Positions 15,901 through 31,009 of a DNA stretch of 64,000 nucleotides are shown one piece after another. Under the pieces are notes generated by a model. It searched no databases. It was not told the DNA's origin and saw nothing but the letters and a program-made list of their open reading frames with translations. The position numbers were made by a program, and so were the translations under genes. The DNA is from the human T2T-CHM13v2.0 reference genome, Homo sapiens: NCBI RefSeq assembly GCF_009914755.1, contig NC_060937.1; one strand, given 5' to 3'. The stretch's first letter is position 1. Every line of letters begins with the position of its first letter.

Positions 15901-18900
15901 TCAAAGTACCCAAAGCATGTATTATATACTGTACATAAAATATGAAAGTACATCAAATATATATTTTATTCTGTACATAAAATATCAAAGTACACCAAAT
16001 ATATATTCTATAGTGTACAAAAAATATCAAAGTACCCAAACTATACATTATATACTGTACATAAAATATGAAATTACATCAAATATATATTATATTAGGT
16101 ACATAAAATATGAAAGTACATGAAATATATATTATATACTGTACATAAAATACCAAAGTACCCCAAATATATATATTATATTGTACATGAAATATCAAAG
16201 TTCACAAACTATATATTATATACTGTACATAAAATATGAATGTATCCAAGGTATATATTCTATACTATACAAAAAGTATCAAAGTTCCCAAAACATGTAT
16301 TATATACTGTACATAAAATATGAAAGTGCATCAAATATATATTTTATTCTGTACATAAAATATCAAAGTACACCAAATATATATTCTATACTGTACAAAA
16401 AATATCAAAGCACCCAAACTATACATTATGTACTGTACATAAAATATGAAATTACATCAAATATATATTAGTTACATAAAATATGAAAGTACATCAAATA
16501 TAGATTATATCCTCTACGTAAAATACCAAAGTACCCCAAATAAATATTTTATACTGTACATGAAATATCAAAGTTCACAAACTATATATTATATACTGCA
16601 CATAAAGTATCAAATCACCCAAGGTATATATTCTATACTATACAAAAAATATCAAAGTACCCAAAGCATGTATTATATACTGTACATAAAATAGGAAAGT
16701 ACATCAAATATATATTTTATTCTGTACATAAAATATCAAAGTACACCAAATATATATTCTATAGTGTACATAAAATATCAAAGTACCCAAACTATACATT
16801 ATATACTGTACATAAAATATGAAATTACATCAAATATATATTATATTAGGTACAGAAAATATGAAAGTACATCAAATATAGATTATATACTCTACATAAA
16901 ATATCAAAGTACCCCAAATATATATAATATACTGTACATGAAATATCAAAGTTCACAAACTATATATTATATACTGTACATAAAATATGAGTGTACCCAA
17001 GGTATATATTCTATACTATACAAAAAGTATCAAAGTACCCAAAACATGTATTATATACTGTACATAAAATATGAAAGTGCATCAAATATATATTTTATTC
17101 TGTACATAAAATATAAAAGTACACCAAATATATATTCTATACTGTACATAAAATATCAAAGTACCCAAACTATACATTATATACAGTACATAAAATATGA
17201 AATTACATCAAATATATATTAGTTAAGTAAAATATGAAAGTACGTCATATATAGATTATATACTGTACATAAAATACCAAAGTACCCCAAATATATATAT
17301 TATATTGTACATGAAATATGAAAGTTCACAAACTATATATTATATACTATACATAAAATATCAAAGTACCCAAGGTATATATTCTATACTGTACAAAAAT
17401 ATCAAAGTACCCAAAGCATGTATTATATACTGTACATAAAATATGAAAGTACATCAAATATATATTTTATTCTGTACATAAAATATCAAAGTACACCAAA
17501 TATATATTCTATAGTGTACATAAAATATCAAAGTACCCAAACTATACATTATATACTGAACATAAACTATGAAATTACATCAAATATATATTATATTAGG
17601 TACATAAAATATGAAAGTACATCAAATATAGATTATATACTGTACATAAAATACCAAAGTACCCCAAATATAGTTTATACTGTACATGAAATATCAATGT
17701 TCACAAACTATATATTATATACTGTACATAAAATATCAAAGTAGTCAAGGTATATATTCTATACTGTACAAAAAATATCAAAGTACCCAAAGTATGTATT
17801 ATATACTGTACATAAAATATGAAAGTACATGAAATATATATTTTATTGTGTACAAACAATATCAAAGTACACCAAATATATATTCTATACTGTACATAAA
17901 ATATCAAAGTACCCAAACTATACATTATATACTGTACATATAATATGAAATTACATCAAATATATATTAGTTACATAAAATATGAAAGTACATCAAATAT
18001 AGATTATATACTGTACATAAAATACCAAAGTACCCCAAATATATATATTATATTGTACATGAAATATCAAAGTTCACAAACTATATATTATATACTGTAC
18101 ATAAAATATCAAAGTACCCAAGGTATATATTCTATACTGTACAAAAAATATCAAAGTACCCAAAGCATGTATTATATACTGTACATAAAATATGAAAGTA
18201 CATCAAATATATATTTTATTCTGTACATAAAATATCAAAGTACACCAAATATATATTCTATACTGTACATAAAATATCAAAGTACCCAAACTATACATTA
18301 TATACTGTACATAAAATATGAAATTTCATCAAATATATATTATGTTATGTACAGAAAATATGAAAATACATCAAATATAGATTATATACTGTACATAAAA
18401 TACCAAAGTACCCCAAATATGTATTTTATACTGTACAAGAAATATCAAAGTTCACAAACTATATATTATATACTGTACAAAAAATATCAAAGTACTCAAG
18501 TTATATATTCTATACTGTACAAAAAATATCAAAGTACCCAAAGCATGTATTATATACTGTACATAAAATATGAAAGTACATGAAATATATATTTTATTCT
18601 GTACATAAAATATCAAAGTACACCAAATATATATTCTATAGTGTACATAAAATATCAAAGTACCCAAACTATACCTTATATACTGTACATAAAATATGAA
18701 ATTACATCAAATATATATTATATTAGGTACATAAAATATGAAAGTACATCAAATATAGATTATATACTGTACATAAAATACCAAAGTACCCCAAATATAT
18801 ATTTTATACTGTACATGAAATATCAAAGTTCACAAACTATATATTATATACTGTACATAAAATATCAAAGTACCCAAGGTATATATTGTATACTGTACAA

Positions 18901-21900
18901 AAAATATCAAAGTACCCAAACATGTATTATATACTGTACATGAAATATGAAAGTACATCAAATATATATTTTATTCTGTACATAAAATATCAAAGTACAC
19001 CAAATATATATTCTATAGTGTACATAAAATATCAAAGTACCCAAACTATACCTTATATACTGTACATAAAATATGAAATTACATCAAATATATATTATAT
19101 TAGGTACAGAAAATATGAAAGTACATCAAATATAGATTATATACTGTATATAAAATATCAAAGTACCCAAGGTATATATTCTATACTGTACATGAAATAT
19201 CAAAGTTCACAAACTATATATTATATACTGTACATAAAATATCAAAGTACCCAAGGTATATATTCTATACTGTACAAAAAATATCAAAGTACCCAAACAT
19301 GTATTATATACTGTACATGAAATATGAAAGTACATCAAATATATATTTTATTCTGTACATAAAATATCAAAGTACACCAAATATATATTATATAGTGTAC
19401 ATAAAATATCAAAGTACCCAAACTATACCTTATATACTGTACATAAAATATGAAATTACATCAAATATATATTATATTAGGTACATAAAATATGAAAGTA
19501 CATCAAATATAGATTATATACTGTACATAAAATACCAAAGTACCCCAAATATATATTTTATACTGTACATGAAATATCAAAGTTCACAAACTATATATTA
19601 TATACTGTACATAAAATATCAAAGTACCCAAGGTATATATTCTATACAGTACAAAAAATATCAAAGTACCCAAACATGTATTATATACTGTACATGAAAT
19701 ATGAAAGTACATCAAATATATATTTTATTCTGTACATAAAATATCAAAGTACACCAAATATATATTCTATAGTGTACATAAAATATCAAAGTACCCAAAC
19801 TATACATTATATACTGTACATAAAATATGAAATTACATCAAATATATATTATATTAGGTACATAAAATATGAAAGTACATCAAATATAGATTATATACTG
19901 TACATAAAATACCAAAGTACCCCAAATATATATTTTATACTGTACATGAAATATCAAAGTTCACAAACTATATATTATATACTGTACATAACATATAAAA
20001 GTACCCAAGGTATATATTCTATACTGTACAAAAAATATCAAAGTACCCAAACATGTATTATATACTGTACATGAAATATGAAAGTACATCAAATATATAT
20101 TTTATTCTGTATATAAAATATCAAAGTACACCAAATATATATTCTATAGTGTACATAAAATATCAAAGTACACAAACTATACCTTATATACTCTACATAA
20201 AATATGAAATTACATCAAATATATATTATATTAGGTACATAAAATATGAAAGTACATCAAATATAGATTATATACTGTACATAAAATACCAAAGTACCCC
20301 AAATATATATTTTATACTGTACATGAAATATCAAAGTTCACAAACTATATATTATATACTGTACATAAAATATCAAAGTACCCAAGGTATATATTCTATA
20401 CTGTACAAAAAATATCAAAGTACCCAAACATGTATTATATACTGTACATAAAATATGAAAGTACATCAAATATATATTTCATTCTGTACATAAAATATCA
20501 AAGTACACCAAATATATATTCTATAGTGTACATAAAATATCAAAGTACCCAAACTATACATTATATACTGTACCTAAAATATGAAATTACATCAAATATG
20601 TATTATATTAGGTAAATAAAATATGAAAGTACAACAAATATAGATTATGTAATGTACATAAAATACCAAATAACCCCAAATATATATTTTACACTGTACA
20701 TGCAATATCAAAGCTCACAAACTATATATTATATACTGTACATAAAATATCAAAGTACAGAAGGTATATATTCTATACTGTACAAAAAATATCAAAGTAC
20801 CCAAAGCATGTATTAAATACTGTACATAAAATATGAAAGTACATCAAATATATATTTTATTCTGTACATAAAATATCAAAGTACACCAAATATATATTCT
20901 GTAGTGTACATAAAATATCAAAGTACCCAAACTCTACATTATATACTGTACATAAAATATGAAATTACATCAAATCTATATAACATTAGGTACATAAAAT
21001 ATGAAAGTACATCAAATATAAATTATATACTGTACATAAAATACCAAAGTACCCCAAATATATATTATATACTGTACATGAAATATCAAAGTTCACAAAC
21101 TATATATTATATACTGTACATAAAATATCAAAGTACCCAAGGTATATATTCTATACTGTACAAAAAATATCAAAGTACCCAAAGCATGTATTATATACTG
21201 TATATAAAATATGAAAGTACATCAAATATATATTTAATTGTGTACATAAAATATCAAAGTACACCAAATATGTATTCTATAGTGTACATAAAATATGAAA
21301 GTACCCAAACTATACATTATATACTGTACATAAAATATGAAATTACATCAAATATATATTATATTAGGTACATAAAATATGAAAGTACATCAAATATAGA
21401 TTATATACTGTACATAAAATACCAAAGAACCCCAAATATATATTATATACTGTACATGAAATATCAAAGTTCACAAACTATATATTATATACTGTACATA
21501 AAATATCAAAGTACCCAAGGTATACATTATATACTGTACACAAAATATGAAATTACATCAAATATATGTTATATTAGGTACATAAATTATGAAAGTACAT
21601 CAAATATAAATTATATACTGTACATAAAATATCAAATTACCTCAAATATATATTATATACTGTATATGAAATATCAAAGTTCACAAACTATATATTATAT
21701 ACTGTACATAAAATATCAAAGTACCCAAGGTATATATTCTATACTGTACAAAAAATATCAAAGTACCCAAACATGTATTATATACTGTTCATAAAATATG
21801 AAAGTACATCAAATATATATTTAATTCTTTACATAAAATATCAAAGTACACCAAATATATATTCTATAGTGTACATAAAATATCAAAGTACCCAAACTAT

Positions 21901-23278
21901 ACATTACATACTGTACATGAAATATGAAATTACATCAAATATATATTATATTAGTTACATAAAATATGAAAGTACATCAAATATAGATTATACACTGTAC
22001 ATAAAATACCAAAGAACCCCAAATATATATTATATACTGTACATGAAATATCAAAGTTCACAAACTATATATTATATACTGTACATAAAATATCAAAGTA
22101 CCCAAGGTATATATTCTGTACTGTACAAAAAATATCAAAGTACCCAAAGCATGTATTATATACTGTACATAAAATATGAAAGTACATCAAATATATATTT
22201 AATTCTGTACATAAAATATCAAAGTACACCAAATATATATTCTATACTGTACATAAAATATCAAAGTACCCAAACTATACATTATATACTGTACATAAAA
22301 TATGAAATTACATCAAATATATATTATATTAGGTACAGAAAATATGAAAGTACATCAAATATAGATTATATAATGTACATAAATCACCAAAGTACCCCAA
22401 ATATATATTTTATACTGTACATGAAATATCAAACTTCAGAAACTATATATTATATACTGTACATAAAATATCAAAGTACTGAAAGTATATATTCTATACT
22501 GTACAAAAAATATCAAAGTACCCAAAGCATGTATTATATACTGTACATGAAATATGAAAGTACATCAAATATATATTTTATTCTGTACATAAAATATCAA
22601 AGTACACCAAATATATATTCTTTACTGTACATAAAATATCAAAGTACCCAAACTATACATTATATACTTTACATAAAATATGAAATTACATCAAATATAT
22701 ATTATATTAGGTACATAAAATATGAAAGTACATCAAATATAGATTATATACTGTACATAAAATACCAAAGTACCCCAAATATATATTTTATACTGTACAT
22801 GAAATATCAAAGTTCACAAACTATATATTATATACTGTACATAAAATATCAAAGTACTCAAGGTATATATTCTATACTGTACAAAAAATATCAAAGTACC
22901 CAAAGCATGTATTATATACTGTACATAAAATATGAAAGTACATGAAATATATATTTTATTGTGTACAAAAAATATCAAAGTACACCAAATATATATTCTA
23001 TACTGTACATAAAATATCAAAGTACCCAAACTATACATTATATACTGTACATAAAATATGAAATTACATCAAATATATATTAGTTACATAAAAAATGAAA
23101 GTAGATCAAATATAGATTATATCCTGTACATAAAATACCAAAGTACCCCAAATAAATATTTTATACTGTACATGAAATATCAAAGTTCACAAACTATATA
23201 TTATATACTGCACATAAAATATCAAATCACCCAAGGTATATATTCTATACTGTACAAAAAATATCAAAGTACCCAAAC
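12942..23278 (+). repeat. Copy 1 of a ~10.4-kb tandem segmental duplication within the satellite
   Basis: Shares rare variants with 23311-31009 at offsets 10369 (14322/24691, 14944/25313), 9618 (16446/26064, 17945/27563, 18641/28259) and 7731 (21773/29504, 23058/30789). Confidence 0.88.
18545..20430 (+). repeat. Run of five consecutive 377-bp HOR variants
   Basis: The 1-bp deletion acccaaacatg (versus acccaaagcatg) places the ATG at 18922, 19299, 19676, 20053 and 20430, a spacing of 377. Confidence 0.88.
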
Positions 23279-23310
23279 ATGTATTATATACTGTACATGA
23301 AATATGAAAT

Positions 23311-26300
23311 TACATCAAATATATATTTTATTCTGTACATAAAATATCAAAGTACACCAGATATATATTCTATAGTGTACATAAAATATCAACGTACCCA
23401 AACTATACATTATATACTGTACATAAAATATGAAATTACATCAAATATATATTATATTAGGTACATAAAATATGAAAGTATATCAAATATAGATTATATA
23501 CTGTACATAAAATATCAAAGTACCCCAAATATATATTATATACTCTACATGAAATATCAAAGTTCACAAACTATATATTATATACTGTACATAAAATATC
23601 AAAGTACCCAAGGTATATATTCTATACTGTTCAAAAAATATCAAAGTATCCAAAGCATGTATTATATACTGTATATAAAATATGAAAGTACATTAAATAT
23701 ATATTTTATTCTGTACATAAAATATCAAAGTACACCAGATATATATTCTATAGTGTACATAAAATAACAAAGTACGCAAACTATAAATTATATACTGTAC
23801 ATAAAATATGAAATTACATCAAATATATATTAGGTACATAAAATATGAAAATACATCCAATATAGATTATATACTGTACATAAAATACCAAAGTACCCCA
23901 AATATATATTTTATACTGTACATGAAATATCAAATTCACAAGCTATATATTATATACTGTACATAAAATATCAAAGTACCCTAGGTATATATTCTATACT
24001 GTACAAAAAATATCAAAGTACCCAAAGCATGTATTATATACTGTACATAAAATATGAAATTACATCAAATATATATTTTATTCTGTACATAAAATATCAA
24101 AGTATACCAAATATATATTCTATACTGTACATAAAATATCAAAGTACCCATACTATACATTATATACTGTAAATAAAATATGAAATTACATCAAATATAT
24201 ATTATATTAGGTACATAAAATATGAAAGTACATCAAATATATATTATATACTGTACATAAAATACCAAAGTACCCCAAATATATATTTTATACTGTACAT
24301 GAAATATCAAAGTTCACAAACTATATATTATATACTGTACATAAAATATCAAAGTACCCAAGGTATATATTCTATACTGTACAAAAAATATCAAAGTACC
24401 CAAACATGTATTATATACTGTACATGAAATATGAAAGTACATCAAATATATATTTTATTCTGTACATAAAATATCAAAGTACACCAAATATATATTCTAT
24501 ACTGTACATAAAATATTAAAGTACCCAAACTATACATTATATACTGTACATAAAATATGAAATTACATCAAATATATATTATATTAGGTACACAAAATAT
24601 GAAAATACATCCAATATAGATTATATACTGTACATAAAATACCAAAGTACCCCAAATGTATATTTTATACTGTACATGAAATATCAAAGTTCACAAGCTA
24701 TATATTATATACTGTACATAAAATATCAAAATACTCAAGGTATATATTCTATACTCTACAAAAAATATCAAAGTACCCAGAGCATGTATTATATACTGTA
24801 CATAAAATATGAAAGTACATGAAATATATATTTTATTGTGTACAAAAAATATCAAAGTACACCAAATATATATTCTATACTGTACATAAAATATCAAAGT
24901 ACCCAAACTATACATTATATACTGTACATAAAATATGAAATTACATCAAATATATATTATATTAGGTACAGAAAATATGAAAGTACATCAAATATAGATT
25001 ATATACTCTACATAAAATATCAAAGTACCCCAAATATATATAATATACTGTACATGAAATATCAAAGTTCACAAACTATATATTATATACTGTACATAAA
25101 ATATGAATGTACCCAAGGTATATATTCTATACTGTACAAAAAGTATCAAAGTACCCAAAACATGTATTATATACTGTACATAAAATATGAAAGTGCATCA
25201 AATATATATTTTATTCTGTACATAAAATATCAAAGTACACCAAATATATATTCTATACTGTACATAAAATATCAAAGTACCCAAACTATACATTATATAC
25301 AGTACATAAAATATGAAATTACATCAAATATATATTAGTTACATAAAATATGAAAGTACATCAAATATAGATTATATCCTGTACATAAAATACCAAAGTT
25401 CCCCAAATAAATATTTTATACTGTACATGAAATATCAAAGTTCACAAACTATATATTATATAATGCACATAAATTATCAAATCACCCAAGGTATATATTC
25501 TATACTGTACAAAAAATATCAAAGTACCCAAAGCATGTATTATATACTGTACATAAAATATGAAAGTACATCAAATATATATTTTATTCTGTACATAAAA
25601 TATCAAAGTACACCAAATATATATTCTATAGTGTACATAAAATATCAAAGTACCCAAACTATACATTATATACTGTACATAAAATATGAAATTACATCAA
25701 ATATATATTATATTAGGTACATAAAATATGAAAGTACATCAAATATAGATTATATAATGTACATAAAATACCAAAGTACCCCAAATATATATATTATATT
25801 GTACATGAAATATCAAAGTTCACAAACTATATATTATATACTGTACATAAAATATGAATGTATCCAAGGTATATATTCTATACTATACAAAAAGTATCAA
25901 AGTTCCCAAAACATGTATTATATACTGTACATAAAATATGAAAGTGCATCAAATATATATTTTATTCTGTACATAAAATATCAAAGTACACCAAATATAT
26001 ATTCTATACTGTACAAAAAATATCAAAGCACCCAAACTATACAATATGTACTGTACATAAAATATGAAATTACATCAAATATATATTAGTTACATAAAAT
26101 ATGAAAGTACATCAAATATAGATTATATCCTCTACGTAAAATACCAAAGTACCCCAAATAAATATTTTATACTGTACATGAAATATCAAAGTTCACAAAC
26201 TATATATTATATACTGCACATAAAATATCAAATCACCCAAGGTATATATTCTATACTATACAAAAAATATCAAAGTACCCAAAGCATGTATTATATACTG

Positions 26301-29300
26301 TACATAAAATAGGAAAGTACATCAAATATATATTTTATTCTGTACATAAAATATCAAAGTACACCAAATATATATTCTATAGTGTACATAAAATATCAAA
26401 GTACCCAAACTATACATTATATACTGTACATAAAATATGAAATTACATCAAATATATATTATATTAGGTACAGAAAATATGAAAGTACATCAAATATAGA
26501 TTATATACTCTACATAAAATATCAAAGTACCCCAAATATATATAATATACTGTACATGAAATATCAAAGTTCACAAACTATATATTATATACTGTACATA
26601 AAATATGAGTGTACCCAAGGTATATATTCTATACTATACAAAAAGTATCAAAGTACCCAAAACATGTATTATATACTGTACATAAAATATGAAAGTGCAT
26701 CAAATATATATTTTATTCTGTACATAAAATATAAAAGTACACCAAATATATATTCTATACTGTACATAAAATATCAAAGTACCCAAACTATACATTATAT
26801 ACAGTACATAAAATATGAAATTACATCAAATATATATTAGTTAAGTAAAATATGAAAGTACGTCAAATATAGATTATATACTGTACATAAAATACCAAAG
26901 TACCCCAAATATATATATTATATTGTACATGAAATATGAAAGTTCACAAACTATATATTATATACTATACATAAAATATCAAAGTACCCAAGGTATATAT
27001 TCTATACTGTACAAAAATATCAAAGTACCCAAAGCATGTATTATATACTGTACATAAAATATGAAAGTACATCAAATATATATTTTATTCTGTACATAAA
27101 ATATCAAAGTACACCAAATATATATTCTATAGTGTACATAAAATATCAAAGTACCCAAACTATACATTATATACTGAACATAAAATATGAAATTACATCA
27201 AATATATATTATATTAGGTACATAAAATATGAAAGTACATCAAATATAGATTATATACTGTACATAAAATACCAAAGTACCCCAAATATAGTTTATACTG
27301 TACATGAAATATCAATGTTCACAAACTATATATTATATACTGTACATAAAATATCAAAATAGTCAAGGTATATATTCTATACTGTACAAAAAATATCAAA
27401 GTACCCAAAGTATGTATTATATACTGTACATAAAATATGAAAGTACATGAAATATATATTTTATTGTGTACAAACAATATCAAAGTACACCAAATATATA
27501 TTCTATACTGTACATAAAATATCAAAGTACCCAAACTATACATTATATACTGTACATATAATATGAAATTACATCAAATATATATTAGTTACATAAAATA
27601 TGAAAGTACATCAAATATAGATTATATACTGTACATAAAATACCAAAGTACCCCAAATATATATATTATATTGTACATGAAATATCAAAGTTCACAAACT
27701 ATATATTATATACTGTACATAAAATATCAAAGTACCCAAGGTATATATTCTATACTGTACAAAAAATATCAAAGTACCCAAAGCATGTATTATATACTGT
27801 ACATAAAATATGAAAGTACATCAAATATATATTTTATTCTGTACATAAAATATCGAAGTACACCAAATATATATTCTATACTGTACATAAAATATCAAAG
27901 TACCCAAACTATACATTATATACTGTACATAAAATATGAAATTTCATCAAATATATATTATGTTATGTACAGAAAATATGAAAATACATCAAATATAGAT
28001 TATATACTGTACATAAAATACCAAAGTACCCCAAATATGTATTTTATACTGTACAGGAAATATCAAAGTTCACAAACTATATATTATATACTGTACAAAA
28101 AATATCAAAGTACTCAAGTTATATATTCTATACTGTACAAAAAATATCAAAGTACCCAAAGCATGTATTATATACTGTACATAAAATATGAAAGTACATG
28201 AAATATATATTTTATTCTGTACATAAAATATCAAAGTACACCAAATATATATTCTATAGTGTACATAAAATATCAAAGTACCCAAACTATACCTTATATA
28301 CTGTACATAAAATATGAAATTACATCAAATATATATTATATTAGGTACATAAAATATGAAAGTACATCAAATATAGATTATATACTGTACATAAAATACC
28401 AAAGTACCCCAAATATATATTTTATACTGTACATGAAATATCAAAGTTCACAAACTATATATTATATACTGTACATAAAATATCAAAGTACCCAAGGTAT
28501 ATATTCTATACTGTACAAAAAATATCAAAGTACCCAAACATGTAATATATACTGTACATGAAATATGAAAGTACATCAAATATATATTTTATTCTGTACA
28601 TAAAATATCAAAGTACACCAAATATATATTCTATAGTGTACATAAAATATCAAAGTACCCAAACTATACCTTATATACTGTACATAAAATATGAAATTAC
28701 ATCAAATATATATTATATTAGGTACAGAAAATATGAAAGTACATCAAATATAGATTATATACTGTATATAAAATATCAAAGTACCCAAGGTATATATTCT
28801 ATACTGTACATGAAATATCAAAGTTCACAAACTATATATTATATACTGTACATAAAATATCAAAGTACCCAAGGTATATATTCTATACTGTACAAAAAAT
28901 ATCAAAGTACCCAAACATGTATTATATACTGTACATGAAATATGAAAGTACATCAAATATATATTTTATTCTGTACATAAAATATCAAAGTACACCAAAT
29001 ATATATTATATAGTGTACATAAAATACCAAAGTACCCAAACTATACCTTATATACTGTACATAAAATATGAAATTACATCAAATATATATTATATTAGGT
29101 ACATAAAATATGAAAGTACATCAAATATAGATTATATACTGTACATAAAATACCAAAGAACCCCAAATATATATTATATACTGTACATGAAATATCAAAG
29201 TTCACAAACTATATATTATATACTGTACATAAAATATCAAAGTACCCAAGGTATACATTATATACTGTACACAAAATATGAAATTACATCAAATATATGT

Positions 29301-31009
29301 TATATTAGGTACATAAATTATGAAAGTACATCAAATATAAATTATATACTGTACATAAAATATCAAATTACCTCAAATATATATTATATACTGTACATGA
29401 AATATCAAAGTTCACAAACTATATATTATATACTGTACATAAAATATCAAAGTACCCAAGGTATATATTCTATACTGTACAAAAAATATCAAAGTACCCA
29501 AACATGTATTATATACTGTTCATAAAATATGAAAGTACATCAAATATATATTTAATTCTTTACATAAAATATCAAAGTACACCAAATATATATTCTATAG
29601 TGTACATAAAATATCAAAGTACCCAAACTATACATTACATACTGTACATGAAATATGAAATTACATCAAATATATATTATATTAGTTACATAAAATATGA
29701 AAGTACATCAAATATAGATTATACACTGTACATAAAATACCAAAGAACCCCAAATATATATTATATACTGTACATGAAATATCAAAGTTCACAAACTATA
29801 TATTATATACTGTACATAAAATATCAAAGTACCCAAGGTATATATTCTGTACTGTACAAAAAATATCAAAGTACCCAAAGCATGTATTATATACTGTACA
29901 TAAAATATGAAAGTACATCAAATATATATTTAATTCTGTACATAAAATATCAAAGTACACCAAATATATATTCTATACTGTACATAAAATATCAAAGTAC
30001 CCAAACTATACATTATATACTGTACATAAAATATGAAATTACATCAAATATATATTATATTAGGTACAGAAAATATGAAAGTACATCAAATATAGATTAT
30101 ATAATGTACATAAATCACCAAAGTACCCCAAATATATATTTTATACTGTACATGAAATATCAAACTTCAGAAACTATATATTATATACTGTACATAAAAT
30201 ATCAAAGTACTGAAAGTATATATTCTATACTGTACAAAAAATATCAAAGTACCCAAAGCATGTATTATATACTGTACATGAAATATGAAAGTACATCAAA
30301 TATATATTTTATTCTGTACATAAAATATCAAAGTACACCAAATATATATTCTTTACTGTACATAAAATATCAAAGTACCCAAACTATACATTATATACTT
30401 TACATAAAATATGAAATTACATCAAATATATATTATATTAGGTACATAAAATATGAAAGTACATCAAATATAGATTATATACTGTACATAAAATACCAAA
30501 GTACCCCAAATATATATTTTATACTGTACATGAAATATCAAAGTTCACAAACTATATATTATATACTGTACAAAAAATATCAAAGTACTCAAGGTATATA
30601 TACTATACTGTACAAAAAATATCAAAGTACCCAAAGCATGTATTATATACTGTACATAAAATATGAAAGTACATGAAATATATATTTTATTGTGTACAAA
30701 AAATATCAAAGTACACCAAATATATATTCTATACTGTACATAAAATATCAAAGTACCCAAACTATACATTATATACTGTACATAAAATATGAAATTACAT
30801 CAAATATATATTAGTTACATAAAAAATGAAAGTAGATCAAATATAGATTATATCCTGTACATAAAATACCAAAGTACCCCAAATAAATATTTTATACTGT
30901 ACATGAAATATCAAAGTTCACAAACTATATATTATATACTGCACATAAAATATCAAATCACCCAAGGTATATATTCTATACTGTACAAAAAATATCAAAG
31001 TACCCAAAC
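23311..31009 (+). repeat. Copy 2 of the tandem duplication (~7.7 kb; lacks a 751-bp and a 1887-bp internal block)
   Basis: Same order of private variants as copy 1. The offset steps from 10369 to 9618 to 7731. Confidence 0.88.
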
